DNA from: Flavobacteriales bacterium
GTDB lineage: Bacteria; Bacteroidota; Bacteroidia; Flavobacteriales_F; PHOS-HE28
Assembly (NCBI GenBank): GCA_039933875.1
Contig: JBDTNF010000250.1
Coordinates: 1,359 to 65,358, forward strand
Reading direction: 5' to 3'
DNA: 64,000 nucleotides
Both the position numbers and the translations under genes were made by a program. Below are positions 36,167-45,053 of the stretch, in pieces. The notes below the pieces were generated by a model, which had not been told where the DNA came from, made no database searches, and was given only the letters and a program-made list of their open reading frames with translations. Numbering within the stretch: position 1 is the first letter of the stretch; the number at the start of each line of letters is the position of its first letter.

Positions 36167-37657
36167 TCAATCCTTCACGAAGCGGCCAAGCACACGCCCC
36201 CCTCGTCCTGTGCCTGTCGAGGGATCGAGGGCGCGCAGCACGTAGCTGCCCGGTGCCAACGCACCGATGGACAACACCGCTTCGTCGCGGCCCATGGTCG
36301 GGGCGCGCAGCACCTCGCGGCCTTGGAGATCGGTAACTGCCAGGGTGCGCACATCGCCAAGGGGACCCACATGCAAGGTGCCCGTCGCGGGCACGGGCCA
36401 TAGGTTGATGGTCGGTTCGCTGGCTCGCTCCGGCGCGCCCGTGGCGAAATCCGGCCCATAGAGCCGCGTTACGAAGCGCTGGTCCGGGTCGTCGGTGGTG
36501 CCATCGTCGTAACCATGGTACTCACCCCAGATGTAGCACATGCTGTCGTTGGTGAACATGATGTCCTGGATCCCGGCATATGCTGATCCCTGATAGAAGT
36601 GAGGACCGCAACCACCTGATGCGAAGTAGTCATCGAGCAGGGTGCCGTTCGTGTCCACCAAGCAGATGTGGCCGCGCGCAAGGCCATCGACATCCTGGAA
36701 GGTTCCAGCGATGATCAATCGCCCCGCATCCAATTGCGTAATGGAACCCGGGGCCCCAAGCGCCCAAGGGTTGACCAGCGGTGGTGTGATCCCAAAGCGC
36801 AAATGGTTGTTGAAGGAGGGGTCCAGACCCCCATCGGGCATGAAGCGAACAAGCTGTAGCGTATCAGGGCCACTGGCCTCCTTGAAAAGCCCGGCTGCAT
36901 AACAACGCCCGTCAGCAAGCGGCAGAAAGGCGGCGGTACCGCCCCAATTCGCGCCGGTGTAGAACGTGGTATCCAGCGAACCATCGGCATGCACCCTGAA
37001 GATGTTGCTGGTGGCATGCCCATCGAACTGGCTCATCGCGCCCGAACAAATGAATTTTCCATCAGGCAATTGTTCGAACCAATTGACGGCGCCATCGCCC
37101 CCGTGCGGTGCGCGGGTGGTGTCCAGGTAGCCCGTGTTTGTGAACCAGATCAGATTATAGAAGCCCACCCAGTTGCTATCGGGATAGTTCACTTGGTGCG
37201 ACCCTCCCATAAGGATGCGACCATCGGGATATACATGGTACTCGCCGACCTGAAGCGGTGTGAAGTAAGGGATCTGAACTGTGCCGAGATGGTACCCTGA
37301 ATCGTTCGTTCCATCCAAAAACACGCGGCGCACTACATAGTTCGAAGCAATATAGAAGCGGTCATTCCAAGGCGTGATCATTCCATTACCCAATTGGCTG
37401 TAGCTGAACGTCGGATCCCAGCTGCCATCTGCGTTGAGCCGGGCGATGCCGGTATATTCCAATGGTTCCGCACCTGGAAAACCGATCTGCCCCGCAATGA
37501 TCACTTTGCCATCGGGCTGCGGAAAGATCGAGTTCACGTACCAATTATCGAAATGGGCCCGGAAGGTGGGGTCCAATGCGAATGGGACCTGGCCTGCGGC
37601 CGGAAGGATCGCAATGAGCATGAAACCTAACGCCCACTGTGCACCCGATGAACTCAT
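36167..37657 (-). CDS. Delta-60-repeat beta-propeller protein with T9SS C-terminal domain
   Basis: Recurrent DGS.D..F motifs (LDPTF, DGSWDPTF, DGSLDTTF, DGGLDPSF). C-terminal CTD is INLWPVPATGTLHV...LSIGALAPGSYVLRA. Confidence 0.8.
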   Translation of the reverse strand: MSSSGAQWALGFMLIAILPAAGQVPFALDPTFRAHFDNWYVNSIFPQPDGKVIIAGQIGFPGAEPLEYTGIARLNADGSWDPTFSYSQLGNGMITPWNDRFYIASNYVVRRVFLDGTNDSGYHLGTVQIPYFTPLQVGEYHVYPDGRILMGGSHQVNYPDSNWVGFYNLIWFTNTGYLDTTRAPHGGDGAVNWFEQLPDGKFICSGAMSQFDGHATSNIFRVHADGSLDTTFYTGANWGGTAAFLPLADGRCYAAGLFKEASGPDTLQLVRFMPDGGLDPSFNNHLRFGITPPLVNPWALGAPGSITQLDAGRLIIAGTFQDVDGLARGHICLVDTNGTLLDDYFASGGCGPHFYQGSAYAGIQDIMFTNDSMCYIWGEYHGYDDGTTDDPDQRFVTRLYGPDFATGAPERASEPTINLWPVPATGTLHVGPLGDVRTLAVTDLQGREVLRAPTMGRDEAVLSIGALAPGSYVLRALDPSTGTGRGGRVLGRFVKD

Positions 37658-37795
37658 TGTTGCACGATGAGTTGCTGAACCTTGGACGACATGGTGAAAG
37701 AGTGGTGCTTACAGAGAGCGATGAAGATAGGCCGGAAGCATTGAGGCGATGGCTTGAGACCCCATCCCGCCCGATCTCCCGAAATTCGTCCCGAC

Positions 37796-38275
37796 ATGGA
37801 GCTGGTAGCAGGCATACGCAGGGGCGGGTTCTGGAGCACGATCGTGCTTTACGGGCTGGCGCTTGCGGCGCTGGTATCGGTATTGAAGTATGTGCAGTAC
37901 CACTATTGGATCCGCGACCTAACGATGGAGATCTACGTCGGGGTGGTAGCCGTGCTGTTCACCGCGCTGGGCATCTGGGTGGGTACCAAACTCCTGGCCG
38001 GTAAGAAGCAACATTTGGCGGAGCAGCCCGTGGTGCCCGCTGGCCTGCCCCACGCGCCGAACGGGGTGGCCATCCGATCGCTGGGCATCAGCGAGCGGGA
38101 GTTGGAGGTGTTGCGCCTGATCGCCCAAGGGCATTCCAACCAGGAGATCGCCGATGCGCTCTTCATCTCGCTGCCCACGGTGAAGTCCCATTCGTCGAGC
38201 TTGTTCAGCAAGCTGCAGGTGCGCAGGCGCACGGAGGCGGTACACAAGGCCAAGGCGGTCGGCATCCTGGGTTGA
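37796..38275 (+). CDS. Membrane-anchored LuxR-family HTH regulator
   Basis: Two N-terminal TM helices, then [35 protein letters not shown]. Confidence 0.85.
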   Translation: MELVAGIRRGGFWSTIVLYGLALAALVSVLKYVQYHYWIRDLTMEIYVGVVAVLFTALGIWVGTKLLAGKKQHLAEQPVVPAGLPHAPNGVAIRSLGISERELEVLRLIAQGHSNQEIADALFISLPTVKSHSSSLFSKLQVRRRTEAVHKAKAVGILG

Positions 38276-38390
38276 AACCGGTCATCCGTAGGGATGGATC
38301 GGCGCCCGACGCGTGTGATCCATACCAAAGGATGATGCGCAAGCCCACCGCATTGCGTTGGTTTGGCCCCACTAACGAACACCAACACCC

Positions 38391-38930
38391 ATGAGAAGAA
38401 TAGTCCTCACGTACGGCCTCATCGCCGGGATCATCGTGTGTGCCATGATGTGGCTGACCCTGTCCGGCGGGGACCACGACTTCGACAGCGGGATGTGGGT
38501 CGGGTACACGACCATGGTGATCGCCCTGGCCACCATCTTCTTCGCGGTGAAGACCCATCGCGACAAGCACCTGGGCGGCTCCATCACCTTCGGCAAAGCT
38601 TTCGTGATGGGGCTGTGCATCACGCTTATCGCCTCCACGATGTATGTGGCCTCGTGGCTGGTGCTCAGCGCCACCTCGGACCAGGACTATATGCAGCAGT
38701 ACTACGAGCATACCAAGGCCGAGCTCGAAAGCAGCACACGCACGCCTGCCCAAGTGGAGGCCGAACTGCAGGATATGCGCGACTTCCAGGAGCTCTACAA
38801 GAACCCCGTTGTGAAGGTCGGGTTCACGTACCTGGAGATCCTGCCCATGGGCCTGTTCATTAGCTTGCTGTGCGCGGCCCTGCTGAAGCGCAGCGCTCCG
38901 GCCTTTCCCAACGACCCCGCCCGACCATGA
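38391..38930 (+). CDS. DUF4199 family membrane protein
   Basis: Starts MRRIVLTYGLIAGIIV...; four TM segments with F.KAF..G motifs typical of DUF4199. Confidence 0.75.
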   Translation: MRRIVLTYGLIAGIIVCAMMWLTLSGGDHDFDSGMWVGYTTMVIALATIFFAVKTHRDKHLGGSITFGKAFVMGLCITLIASTMYVASWLVLSATSDQDYMQQYYEHTKAELESSTRTPAQVEAELQDMRDFQELYKNPVVKVGFTYLEILPMGLFISLLCAALLKRSAPAFPNDPARP

Positions 38931-39424
38931 GAACATCGATCCTCCTACTGTGCGCGGTGGCTGCCACCGCCTTTACCGCAGGCCGCATCTCGGTGCCGGA
39001 CGCACCTGCCGATGAGCCCCGCGCCACGGGCATCGGCGGCGTCTTCTTCAAAAGCAAGGACCCCGCGGCCTTGCGCGCCTGGTACAACAAGCACCTGGGC
39101 ATGCCGGTGAACGAGTACGGCGCCGTGTTCGAGTTCGGCGATGCCGACGCCGACGGCCGCGGCTACCTGCAATGGAGCCCCTTCGGCGCGCGCACGAAGT
39201 ATTTCGCACCGAGCCCCAAAGACTTCATGATCAACTACCGGGTGGTACACCTCGAAGAGCTGATGAAGCGGATGCGCGCGGATGGCGTGGTGTTCACGGA
39301 CAGCATCGAACGCGTGGAGTACGGCGCCTTTGTTCACGCCATGGATCCCGACAGCAACAAGCTGGAACTCTGGGAACCGGTGGACAGTGTCTATGGGAAG
39401 ATGGGCGGCGAGACGATCAAGTGA
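38927..39424 (+). CDS. VOC (glyoxalase/bleomycin-resistance) family protein, secreted
   Basis: The ATG at 38927 overlaps the upstream stop (ATGA). Has a signal peptide. GIGGVFFKSKDP...AWYNKHLGM and FVHAMDPDSNKLELWEP are VOC-fold blocks. Confidence 0.75.
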   Translation: MRTSILLLCAVAATAFTAGRISVPDAPADEPRATGIGGVFFKSKDPAALRAWYNKHLGMPVNEYGAVFEFGDADADGRGYLQWSPFGARTKYFAPSPKDFMINYRVVHLEELMKRMRADGVVFTDSIERVEYGAFVHAMDPDSNKLELWEPVDSVYGKMGGETIK

Positions 39425-39450
39425 GGGGCATGGCGCGCGTTGCGGGAGCA

Positions 39451-39473
39451 GGGTCCTCGAAAACGAGAGACCC
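39451..39473. terminator. Hairpin between convergent VOC and radical-SAM genes
   Basis: GGGTCCTCG-AAAA-CGAGAGACCC forms a stem with one bulge. Confidence 0.4.
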
Positions 39474-39499
39474 GGCGGAGGTTCTGTTGCGCTGTAAGG

Positions 39500-40531
39500 T
39501 CATGCGGTCGCCCTACCCAACGCCACCTGCTCGCTGGTTCGCGTGCAATGGTCGAACCAATCGACCAGGTCGGTGCGCGGTTGCAATCCAGCCAACGCGT
39601 TGCCGATCAATGCCTGGTACGCGGCAAGGCCGTGTTGCTTGTAGTGCATGATGCCATCGGTCGTCAGCCCATCGATGTGCGCGATCGTGAACCGGTCGTG
39701 GAAGTCGTAGGCGATCGGCTTGAGCGCCCCCGTGTCGGTGATCACCAGCGGGTTCACCAGATCGGCCAGCGGTCTGTGGTGGTAGGGTAGCACATCACAG
39801 CTCCCCAATAGCCCGGTGTAGGCCTCGCCCTGCTGCCAAAGGCCCTGGGCGGGCGCGAGATCGCAATGCACCTTCGCCTGATCGGCGAGTTCCTCACGCA
39901 GTGCCAGCGCTACGAGATACAGGCGTGCGAGGTCCGTGGCCGTGTAGCTCGCGAAGCCCGCCATGGTGCGCGCCCGGCCCGCCATGGCCACCGGCCTTAT
40001 CTGCAAGGCCCTTGCGCCAAGGGCTACGAGGTGGTCGGCCAGTTCGGGCAGTTCGGGCAAGGCGTCGCGCGTGAGCGAGATGGCCGCCGCCACGGGCCGC
40101 CCTTGCGCGGCAAGCCGCGCGACCGCCGCACTGGCCTGCGCGAACGCGCCGACGCGCCCCCGGATATGATCGTGCGTGGTGGCAAGTCCATCGAAACTCA
40201 CGGCCATGCCATCAAGCAATTCCAGCGTGGCATCCATGCGCGCGGTGGCGAGCAGGCCGTTGGTGACCATGGTGATGCGATAGCCCAAGTCCCTGGCACG
40301 CTCCACCACATTGCGCAGCGGCTTGTACACGAGGGGTTCGCCACCGGAGAGGCTGATCACCTGGTACCCTTCGGCGCGGAGCAGGGCCAGCGCATCGCCC
40401 AGCACCACCGGATCGAGCGCGGCTTTTTCGCGCAACCCCGACTCCGAATAGCAGTGGAGGCAGGCCAGGTTGCACAACCGCGTCGGGTGCAGGTGGATGA
40501 TACGGTCGGGCAGGAAGCCCGACCGCATCAT
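39500..40531 (-). CDS. Radical SAM enzyme (MoaA/PqqE-like core, no obvious SPASM/twitch cysteine cluster)
   Basis: CX3CX2C at the N-terminus (HPTRLCNLACLHCY) and a GGEPL SAM-binding motif. 343 aa. The start is taken at the ATGATG at 40531; the longer ORF-track N-terminus overlaps the upstream gene. Confidence 0.85.
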   Translation of the reverse strand: MMRSGFLPDRIIHLHPTRLCNLACLHCYSESGLREKAALDPVVLGDALALLRAEGYQVISLSGGEPLVYKPLRNVVERARDLGYRITMVTNGLLATARMDATLELLDGMAVSFDGLATTHDHIRGRVGAFAQASAAVARLAAQGRPVAAAISLTRDALPELPELADHLVALGARALQIRPVAMAGRARTMAGFASYTATDLARLYLVALALREELADQAKVHCDLAPAQGLWQQGEAYTGLLGSCDVLPYHHRPLADLVNPLVITDTGALKPIAYDFHDRFTIAHIDGLTTDGIMHYKQHGLAAYQALIGNALAGLQPRTDLVDWFDHCTRTSEQVALGRATA

Positions 40532-40553
40532 CACGTTCGCTGCATGGGCGGGT

Positions 40554-40880
40554 TCAGAAGCCGCCGCCGCCATTGATGCCCTCTTGGATACCGTCCACCT
40601 GGAAAGCGACCCGCACACGGAAGCGGTCCCAATCGATGATCCCGTAGGGGAACACCTCCCACTTGGTGATGCCATGGTGGTGCTTGAAATCGAGCTTCGG
40701 CCACTTATCGGTGAAGTAATCGATGCAGATACCGTAGATGCATGGATTGAACTTGCCGATGGAAAGGCCATCGATCACCACGCGATCGGCGAGGCCCTTG
40801 ATCGCCGCATCGCTCAATTTGAAATTGGCCAGCCGCTTCGACATGCGGTCCGCCAGATCCTTGCTGCTTACTGTTGACAT
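40554..40880 (-). CDS. Hypothetical 108-aa protein ending in GINGGGGF, candidate substrate or partner of the radical SAM enzyme
   Basis: ATG at 40880 preceded by an A-rich leader (AAAAACCCAAAACAAC). GC3-rich. Its stop is 22 nt upstream of the rSAM start. I recognise no family. Confidence 0.6.
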   Translation of the reverse strand: MSTVSSKDLADRMSKRLANFKLSDAAIKGLADRVVIDGLSIGKFNPCIYGICIDYFTDKWPKLDFKHHHGITKWEVFPYGIIDWDRFRVRVAFQVDGIQEGINGGGGF

Positions 40881-40898
40881 GTTGTTTTGGGTTTTTAA

Positions 40899-40928
40899 GG
40901 TGACACCCTTGGCCAAGGCTTTATCACC
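40899..40928 (-). promoter_or_regulatory. 5'-leader hairpin/palindrome upstream of the small-protein/rSAM unit
   Basis: GGTGA...TCACC arms flank the perfect 12-nt palindrome CCTTGGCCAAGG, 18 nt upstream of the ATG. Its role as an operator or an RNA hairpin is unknown. Confidence 0.35.
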
Positions 40929-41244
40929 ACACGAACCACGGCATCACCACCGGCCGCTGAAATACCCGATCCATGGTAATTTCAAGGGGTATCCAGGTGC
41001 ATACCGCTATTTCCTACCCAATGCACGGTAGTGGAGCGCACCCGCAGCAGGGCCTGTGCCAACGAAAGAGCCTTTGGTAATAGTTCAGGTATGCCGATCA
41101 AGAGATCCGCAGGAGCGGAGGCCCAACTTTGGTGTTGTGAGGCCCACAAACCTTCAACCCTTCGCCGGGTCTTCGCCTCGCGACCGCTGCGGTTCCGCGG
41201 GTACGTCGGGGTCTCCGCCGTGCGGCGGAAGACCCTGCCAGGCT

Positions 41245-41826
41245 TCACTTCCTCCGCAGCCACCCCAGCACGCGATCGCTACCGATGCGCCAACGATCGC
41301 CGACGCGATCAAGGTCCAAGGTATTGCGCGTGCTGCCGGTGTTCTGCTGCATCACCTCCACTTCCCCATCCCCCACCCGGCTGATGATGGCGACATGGCC
41401 GAACGGATTTCCGCGCCAGCCATCGAACACCACCAGATCATCGACCTCCGGCATGGAAGCGCTTCCGTTGGTGAATTGGAGCAGCGCGAGATCGGCGTTC
41501 AGCGTTCCATCAACGATGGTTGTATCGAAGAAGTCCTTCGCGTTGCCGTACGAGTTGGGCATGCGGTGCTGGAACCGTTCGAAGTAGTAGCGCTTCACGA
41601 ACTCGACGCATTGATACTTGAGCCCAATGTTGTAGCCATCGACGATGCTGCGACCACTGTTACCGGAGAATCCGCCGTTGCAATAGACCACCACGCCGTT
41701 CAGCGAATCCAGCGGATCGCCATGCACATGATGCGCGACCTCAACAACGCCGCGTGTGATGAGCAGGTATCCACCCGCAACAAGCACCGCCGCCACGAGC
41801 ACGACCAACAGCAGGCGCTTTCTCAT
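41245..41826 (-). CDS. CHAP domain protein (amidase/peptidase), N-terminally membrane-anchored
   Basis: N-terminal TM. Catalytic Cys context YQCVEFVKRYY and His context FGHVAIISRV. Confidence 0.8.
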   Translation of the reverse strand: MRKRLLLVVLVAAVLVAGGYLLITRGVVEVAHHVHGDPLDSLNGVVVYCNGGFSGNSGRSIVDGYNIGLKYQCVEFVKRYYFERFQHRMPNSYGNAKDFFDTTIVDGTLNADLALLQFTNGSASMPEVDDLVVFDGWRGNPFGHVAIISRVGDGEVEVMQQNTGSTRNTLDLDRVGDRWRIGSDRVLGWLRRK

Positions 41827-41854
41827 GTGGCGGATCGTTGCGATGCCCGATGCC

Positions 41855-42577
41855 CTACCCTAACCCCATCACATCGGCCACGCCCACCGGTCGTGCCTTG
41901 GTGAAGCCTTCGCCATAGGTGGTGCCGAGGTAGCGCCCGAACTGCCGTGCGCGGCCTTCGAGGTAGGGCATGAAATCCTCCCGTGCGATGGGGCTTGTGG
42001 GCTCGGTGCTCGCGGGATCGTGGAACTGCGACGCGAAGCAGCGCAGTGCTTCCATCTTCTTCGGCCAGTAAGCGGTGATGTCGATGATCAGATCGGGTTC
42101 GATCCAATTGTCCTGGATGGTGTGCAACACGGTGGTGGGGCGCCAGGCTTCCTGCGCAGCACCGTCGTCCATGGTGACCACGCGGCGCAAGCCGCTGAGG
42201 AAACACGCCTCGGCCACAAGGGCAGCACCACGGCCGTGATCGGGATGGCGGTCGCGGACCGCATTCGTGATGACCACTCTGGGGCGGTGGCGGCGCACCA
42301 CTTCAACGACCTTCAGCAGGCTGGCTTCATCCATGCGGAAGAACCCATCGGGCAAACCGAGTTGGTACCGGAAAGCGGCGCCCAGCACCTGCATGGCCGC
42401 CTCGGCTTCGCGCTTTCTTATCTCCGGCGTGCCGCGCGTGCCCAGTTCACCGGCGGTGAGTTCGACCAAGCCCACACTGTGGCCCAACGCGCGGTGGTGC
42501 AGCACGGTGCCGGCCATGCTGATCTCCACATCATCGGGATGCGCAGTGATGCAGAGGATGTCGACAGGCTGGATCAT
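41855..42577 (-). CDS. bshB1: Bacillithiol biosynthesis deacetylase BshB1 (PIG-L/LmbE family)
   Basis: ILCITAHPDDVE, ELTAGELGTRG and DRHPDHG motifs. Confidence 0.85.
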   Translation of the reverse strand: MIQPVDILCITAHPDDVEISMAGTVLHHRALGHSVGLVELTAGELGTRGTPEIRKREAEAAMQVLGAAFRYQLGLPDGFFRMDEASLLKVVEVVRRHRPRVVITNAVRDRHPDHGRGAALVAEACFLSGLRRVVTMDDGAAQEAWRPTTVLHTIQDNWIEPDLIIDITAYWPKKMEALRCFASQFHDPASTEPTSPIAREDFMPYLEGRARQFGRYLGTTYGEGFTKARPVGVADVMGLG

Positions 42578-43167
42578 TTGCCCTCCAACCAGCCCACGAT
42601 GGCCTCATCGCCCGGCTCCACGGCGGAACCCACCGACTTCACCAGATGGCCTTCCTCATCGATGAGGAATTTGTGGAAGTTCCATTTCACGGTGGCGTCC
42701 ATCGCACCGTTCTCGCTCTTGCTGGTGAGCCACTTGTAGATGGGGGCCACACCATCGCCTTTCACCTCCACCTTCGCCATCATCGGGAAGGTGACCCCGT
42801 AGTTCTTCTGGCAGAAGGTCTCGATCTCTGCCTCGGTACCGGGCTCCTGCCCACCGAACTGGTTGCACGGGAAGCCGAGGATCACCAGGCCCTTGTCCTT
42901 GTATAGCTCATACAACTCCTCGAGTTGCTTGTACTGCGGGGTGAAGCCGCATTCGCTGGCGGTGTTCACCACGATCACTTTGTGGCCCTTGTAGCGATCC
43001 ATCTTCACGAGCTCGCCATGGATATCGGTGGCGCTCAGGTCATGGAAGGACATGGTGGGTGGTGTTTGGGGTCGGTCGGCTGAAGTGGGGCCGGGCGCCA
43101 CCTGCACGGCATTGAAACAAGAGAGCAGGAGGAACAGCGGGAGCAGGAGGACGTTCGTGGTGCGCAT
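42574..43167 (-). CDS. Glutathione peroxidase family protein with N-terminal signal/lipoprotein sequence
   Basis: VNTASECGFT (peroxidatic Cys), FPCNQFGGQEP and WNFHKFLI. Overlaps the bshB1 start by 4 nt. Confidence 0.9.
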   Translation of the reverse strand: MRTTNVLLLPLFLLLSCFNAVQVAPGPTSADRPQTPPTMSFHDLSATDIHGELVKMDRYKGHKVIVVNTASECGFTPQYKQLEELYELYKDKGLVILGFPCNQFGGQEPGTEAEIETFCQKNYGVTFPMMAKVEVKGDGVAPIYKWLTSKSENGAMDATVKWNFHKFLIDEEGHLVKSVGSAVEPGDEAIVGWLEGK

Positions 43168-43276
43168 GGGCGAAAGAACGTACGAAGGTCCGGAATGTTC
43201 ACGATCGCACCGCGATCGACGGTCCGGGGCTGATGCTACCTTTAGCGGCCTTTCGCGTAGGAAAGGCACCAAGCCC

Positions 43277-44104
43277 ATGATCCGCGTCGTATCCCCGCTC
43301 CTTTTTTTCGTCCTTACACTCCCCTCGTTCGCGCAAAAACGGGTGGTGCAGCTGGCGGACGCCGATCTGTTCCTGCGCAACCCCGACCTGAGCCTGGACC
43401 GTGGTGCGATCGCCGGCATGCAGGCGGCCGGCCTCCAGCAGGAAACGATCGATGCGGTGATGAAGGGTAGTGACGCGAAGAACTGGCCGGTGGGCCTGCG
43501 GACCGATAGCGCAATGCACCGGAACCACCTGACCGTACGCAACTATGCCGCGGTGTTGATCTGCGAATACAACAACGGTTCGGAGAACATGAGCATCGTT
43601 TCGGTGGCCTCCAACGACAACCACCACATGCCCGAGGAATTGCGCAGCCCGGAGGACATCTACTTCGTGGTGCGCGCCGGCGGTGTCGCCAAGGTGCAGA
43701 TAGACGTGCGCCCCACGCCGAGCATGGGACCGAGTTACAAGCGCATGGACATGGCGCGCATCCTGGATCCCGAGAAGATCTATGCCACCTACAACCTGGG
43801 TCGCGATACCACCGCCCTGGGGGTGCTCGCACGCCGTGGCATGAGCAAGCCGGAGATCGATGCGGTGGTGTTCCGCAGTACCGAACGCAACTGGCCCGAC
43901 GGCATCGCGAGTTTCGAGAAGCGCTACCCACGCCTGGCCGACTTCAAGAAATACAAGGCCTACCAGGCCGCCCGCTGGAACGACCTCGTCCTGTTGGTGA
44001 TCCCCGCTGCGGAGAACCAGAAGATGCCCCAGGCGCTCCGTCCATTCATCGACATCTATATGGTGTTCGCTGTGGATGCCGTGCAGGTGAAGGAGAAGAA
44101 GTAG
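43277..44104 (+). CDS. Secreted hypothetical protein with an internal tandem duplication
   Basis: Signal peptide MIRVVSPLLFFVLTLPSFAQ. Two halves of about 95 aa share EIDAV...NWP.G...MP..LR...IY.VF. Confidence 0.65.
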   Translation: MIRVVSPLLFFVLTLPSFAQKRVVQLADADLFLRNPDLSLDRGAIAGMQAAGLQQETIDAVMKGSDAKNWPVGLRTDSAMHRNHLTVRNYAAVLICEYNNGSENMSIVSVASNDNHHMPEELRSPEDIYFVVRAGGVAKVQIDVRPTPSMGPSYKRMDMARILDPEKIYATYNLGRDTTALGVLARRGMSKPEIDAVVFRSTERNWPDGIASFEKRYPRLADFKKYKAYQAARWNDLVLLVIPAAENQKMPQALRPFIDIYMVFAVDAVQVKEKK

Positions 44105-44232
44105 GTACCGCGAACGCGCTTCTCGTTTACGCCTGCCTGCCCTGAGCAACTCCGCAGGGTGTGCTCCGCAGGGCGCAGAGCGACCGAGGAGTCGAAGGGC
44201 AGTTGCTATCCTGGCGCCTCTACCTTCGCGGC

Positions 44233-44901
44233 GTGAAACCTGGGGAGATCGCGCACTTGCTCCGATTGGAGGTCGCTTTGGACCTGCGGCAACGCGCCGC
44301 ATGGGGTGGCATGCTGTTGTACGTGGTCAGCGCGGTGTACGTGTGCTACCTGGCGGTGAAAGGCGGCTTGAGCGTGGCCACGTGGAACGCGTTGTTCTGG
44401 ATCATCCTGCTGTTCGCGGCCTTCAATGCGCTGGCGCGTTCGTTCCAACGTGAGGATGCCGGGCGGCACCTCTACCTCTATACGCTTGCCGATCCGCGCA
44501 GCGTGGTGCTGGCCCGGGCGCTTTACAACGCCGCCACCATGGTGCTGCTCAGCCTGCTCAGCCTCCTGTTCTATGCGCTCTTCCTGGGCAGCGGAGCCTT
44601 GGAAGGTGCCAACGTGGGCCAGTTCCTGCTGGCCGTGGTGCTGGGAGGGATCGGCTTCGCGGCGGTGCTCACGCTCATCTCGGCCATCGCGGCGCGCGCT
44701 GGCAACGGGCTTGGCCTGATGGCCATCCTTGGCTTCCCGATCGTGCTGCCCATGCTGCTGGCGGTGGTGCGCGCCAGCAAACTCGCGCTTGACGGTGTGG
44801 CCTGGAGCGTGAACAGCACCTACTTCGGTGGTTTGGTACTGCTGGACGTGATCACCGTCACCTTGGCCTGGTTGCTGTTCCCGTACCTTTGGCGCGATTA
44901 G
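44233..44901 (+). CDS. ccmB: Heme exporter permease CcmB
   Basis: Six-TM protein with FxxExxxG-type block SFQREDAGRHL, in a ccm context. The start is uncertain: GTG at 44233 or GTG at 44161. Confidence 0.75.
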   Translation: MKPGEIAHLLRLEVALDLRQRAAWGGMLLYVVSAVYVCYLAVKGGLSVATWNALFWIILLFAAFNALARSFQREDAGRHLYLYTLADPRSVVLARALYNAATMVLLSLLSLLFYALFLGSGALEGANVGQFLLAVVLGGIGFAAVLTLISAIAARAGNGLGLMAILGFPIVLPMLLAVVRASKLALDGVAWSVNSTYFGGLVLLDVITVTLAWLLFPYLWRD

Positions 44902-45053
44902 TCAATGGCAGGCCGGAACGCGCTCCCCCCTTCGACTCCGCTCAGGGCGAGCGCTATTGATCCGGCACGTGCTGAGCATTGGCGAAGCGATACTCCGCAA
45001 GGCGCGAAGCGGCTACGGAGTCGAAGCATGGGCCCAACGTCCGTTATAATCCG

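Noticed and set aside
41085-41165. A SAM-I-riboswitch-like string (GATCAAGAG...GGAG.GGAGGCCCA...CAACC) next to the radical-SAM locus.
   Set aside because: It is on the plus strand, pointing into the antisense of the CHAP gene. It lacks the GGTGC.AA.TCC/P4 elements and a closing P1 (no matching ...CTTGATC downstream). This is likely a chance resemblance in GC-rich DNA.
40982-41904. ORFs 40982-41263 (-), 41031-41384 (+) and 41056-41904 (+) in or around the spacer upstream of the small-protein gene.
   Set aside because: They have no start context, Arg/Pro/Ala-rich translations and no motifs. The long plus-strand one is antisense to the well-supported CHAP gene.
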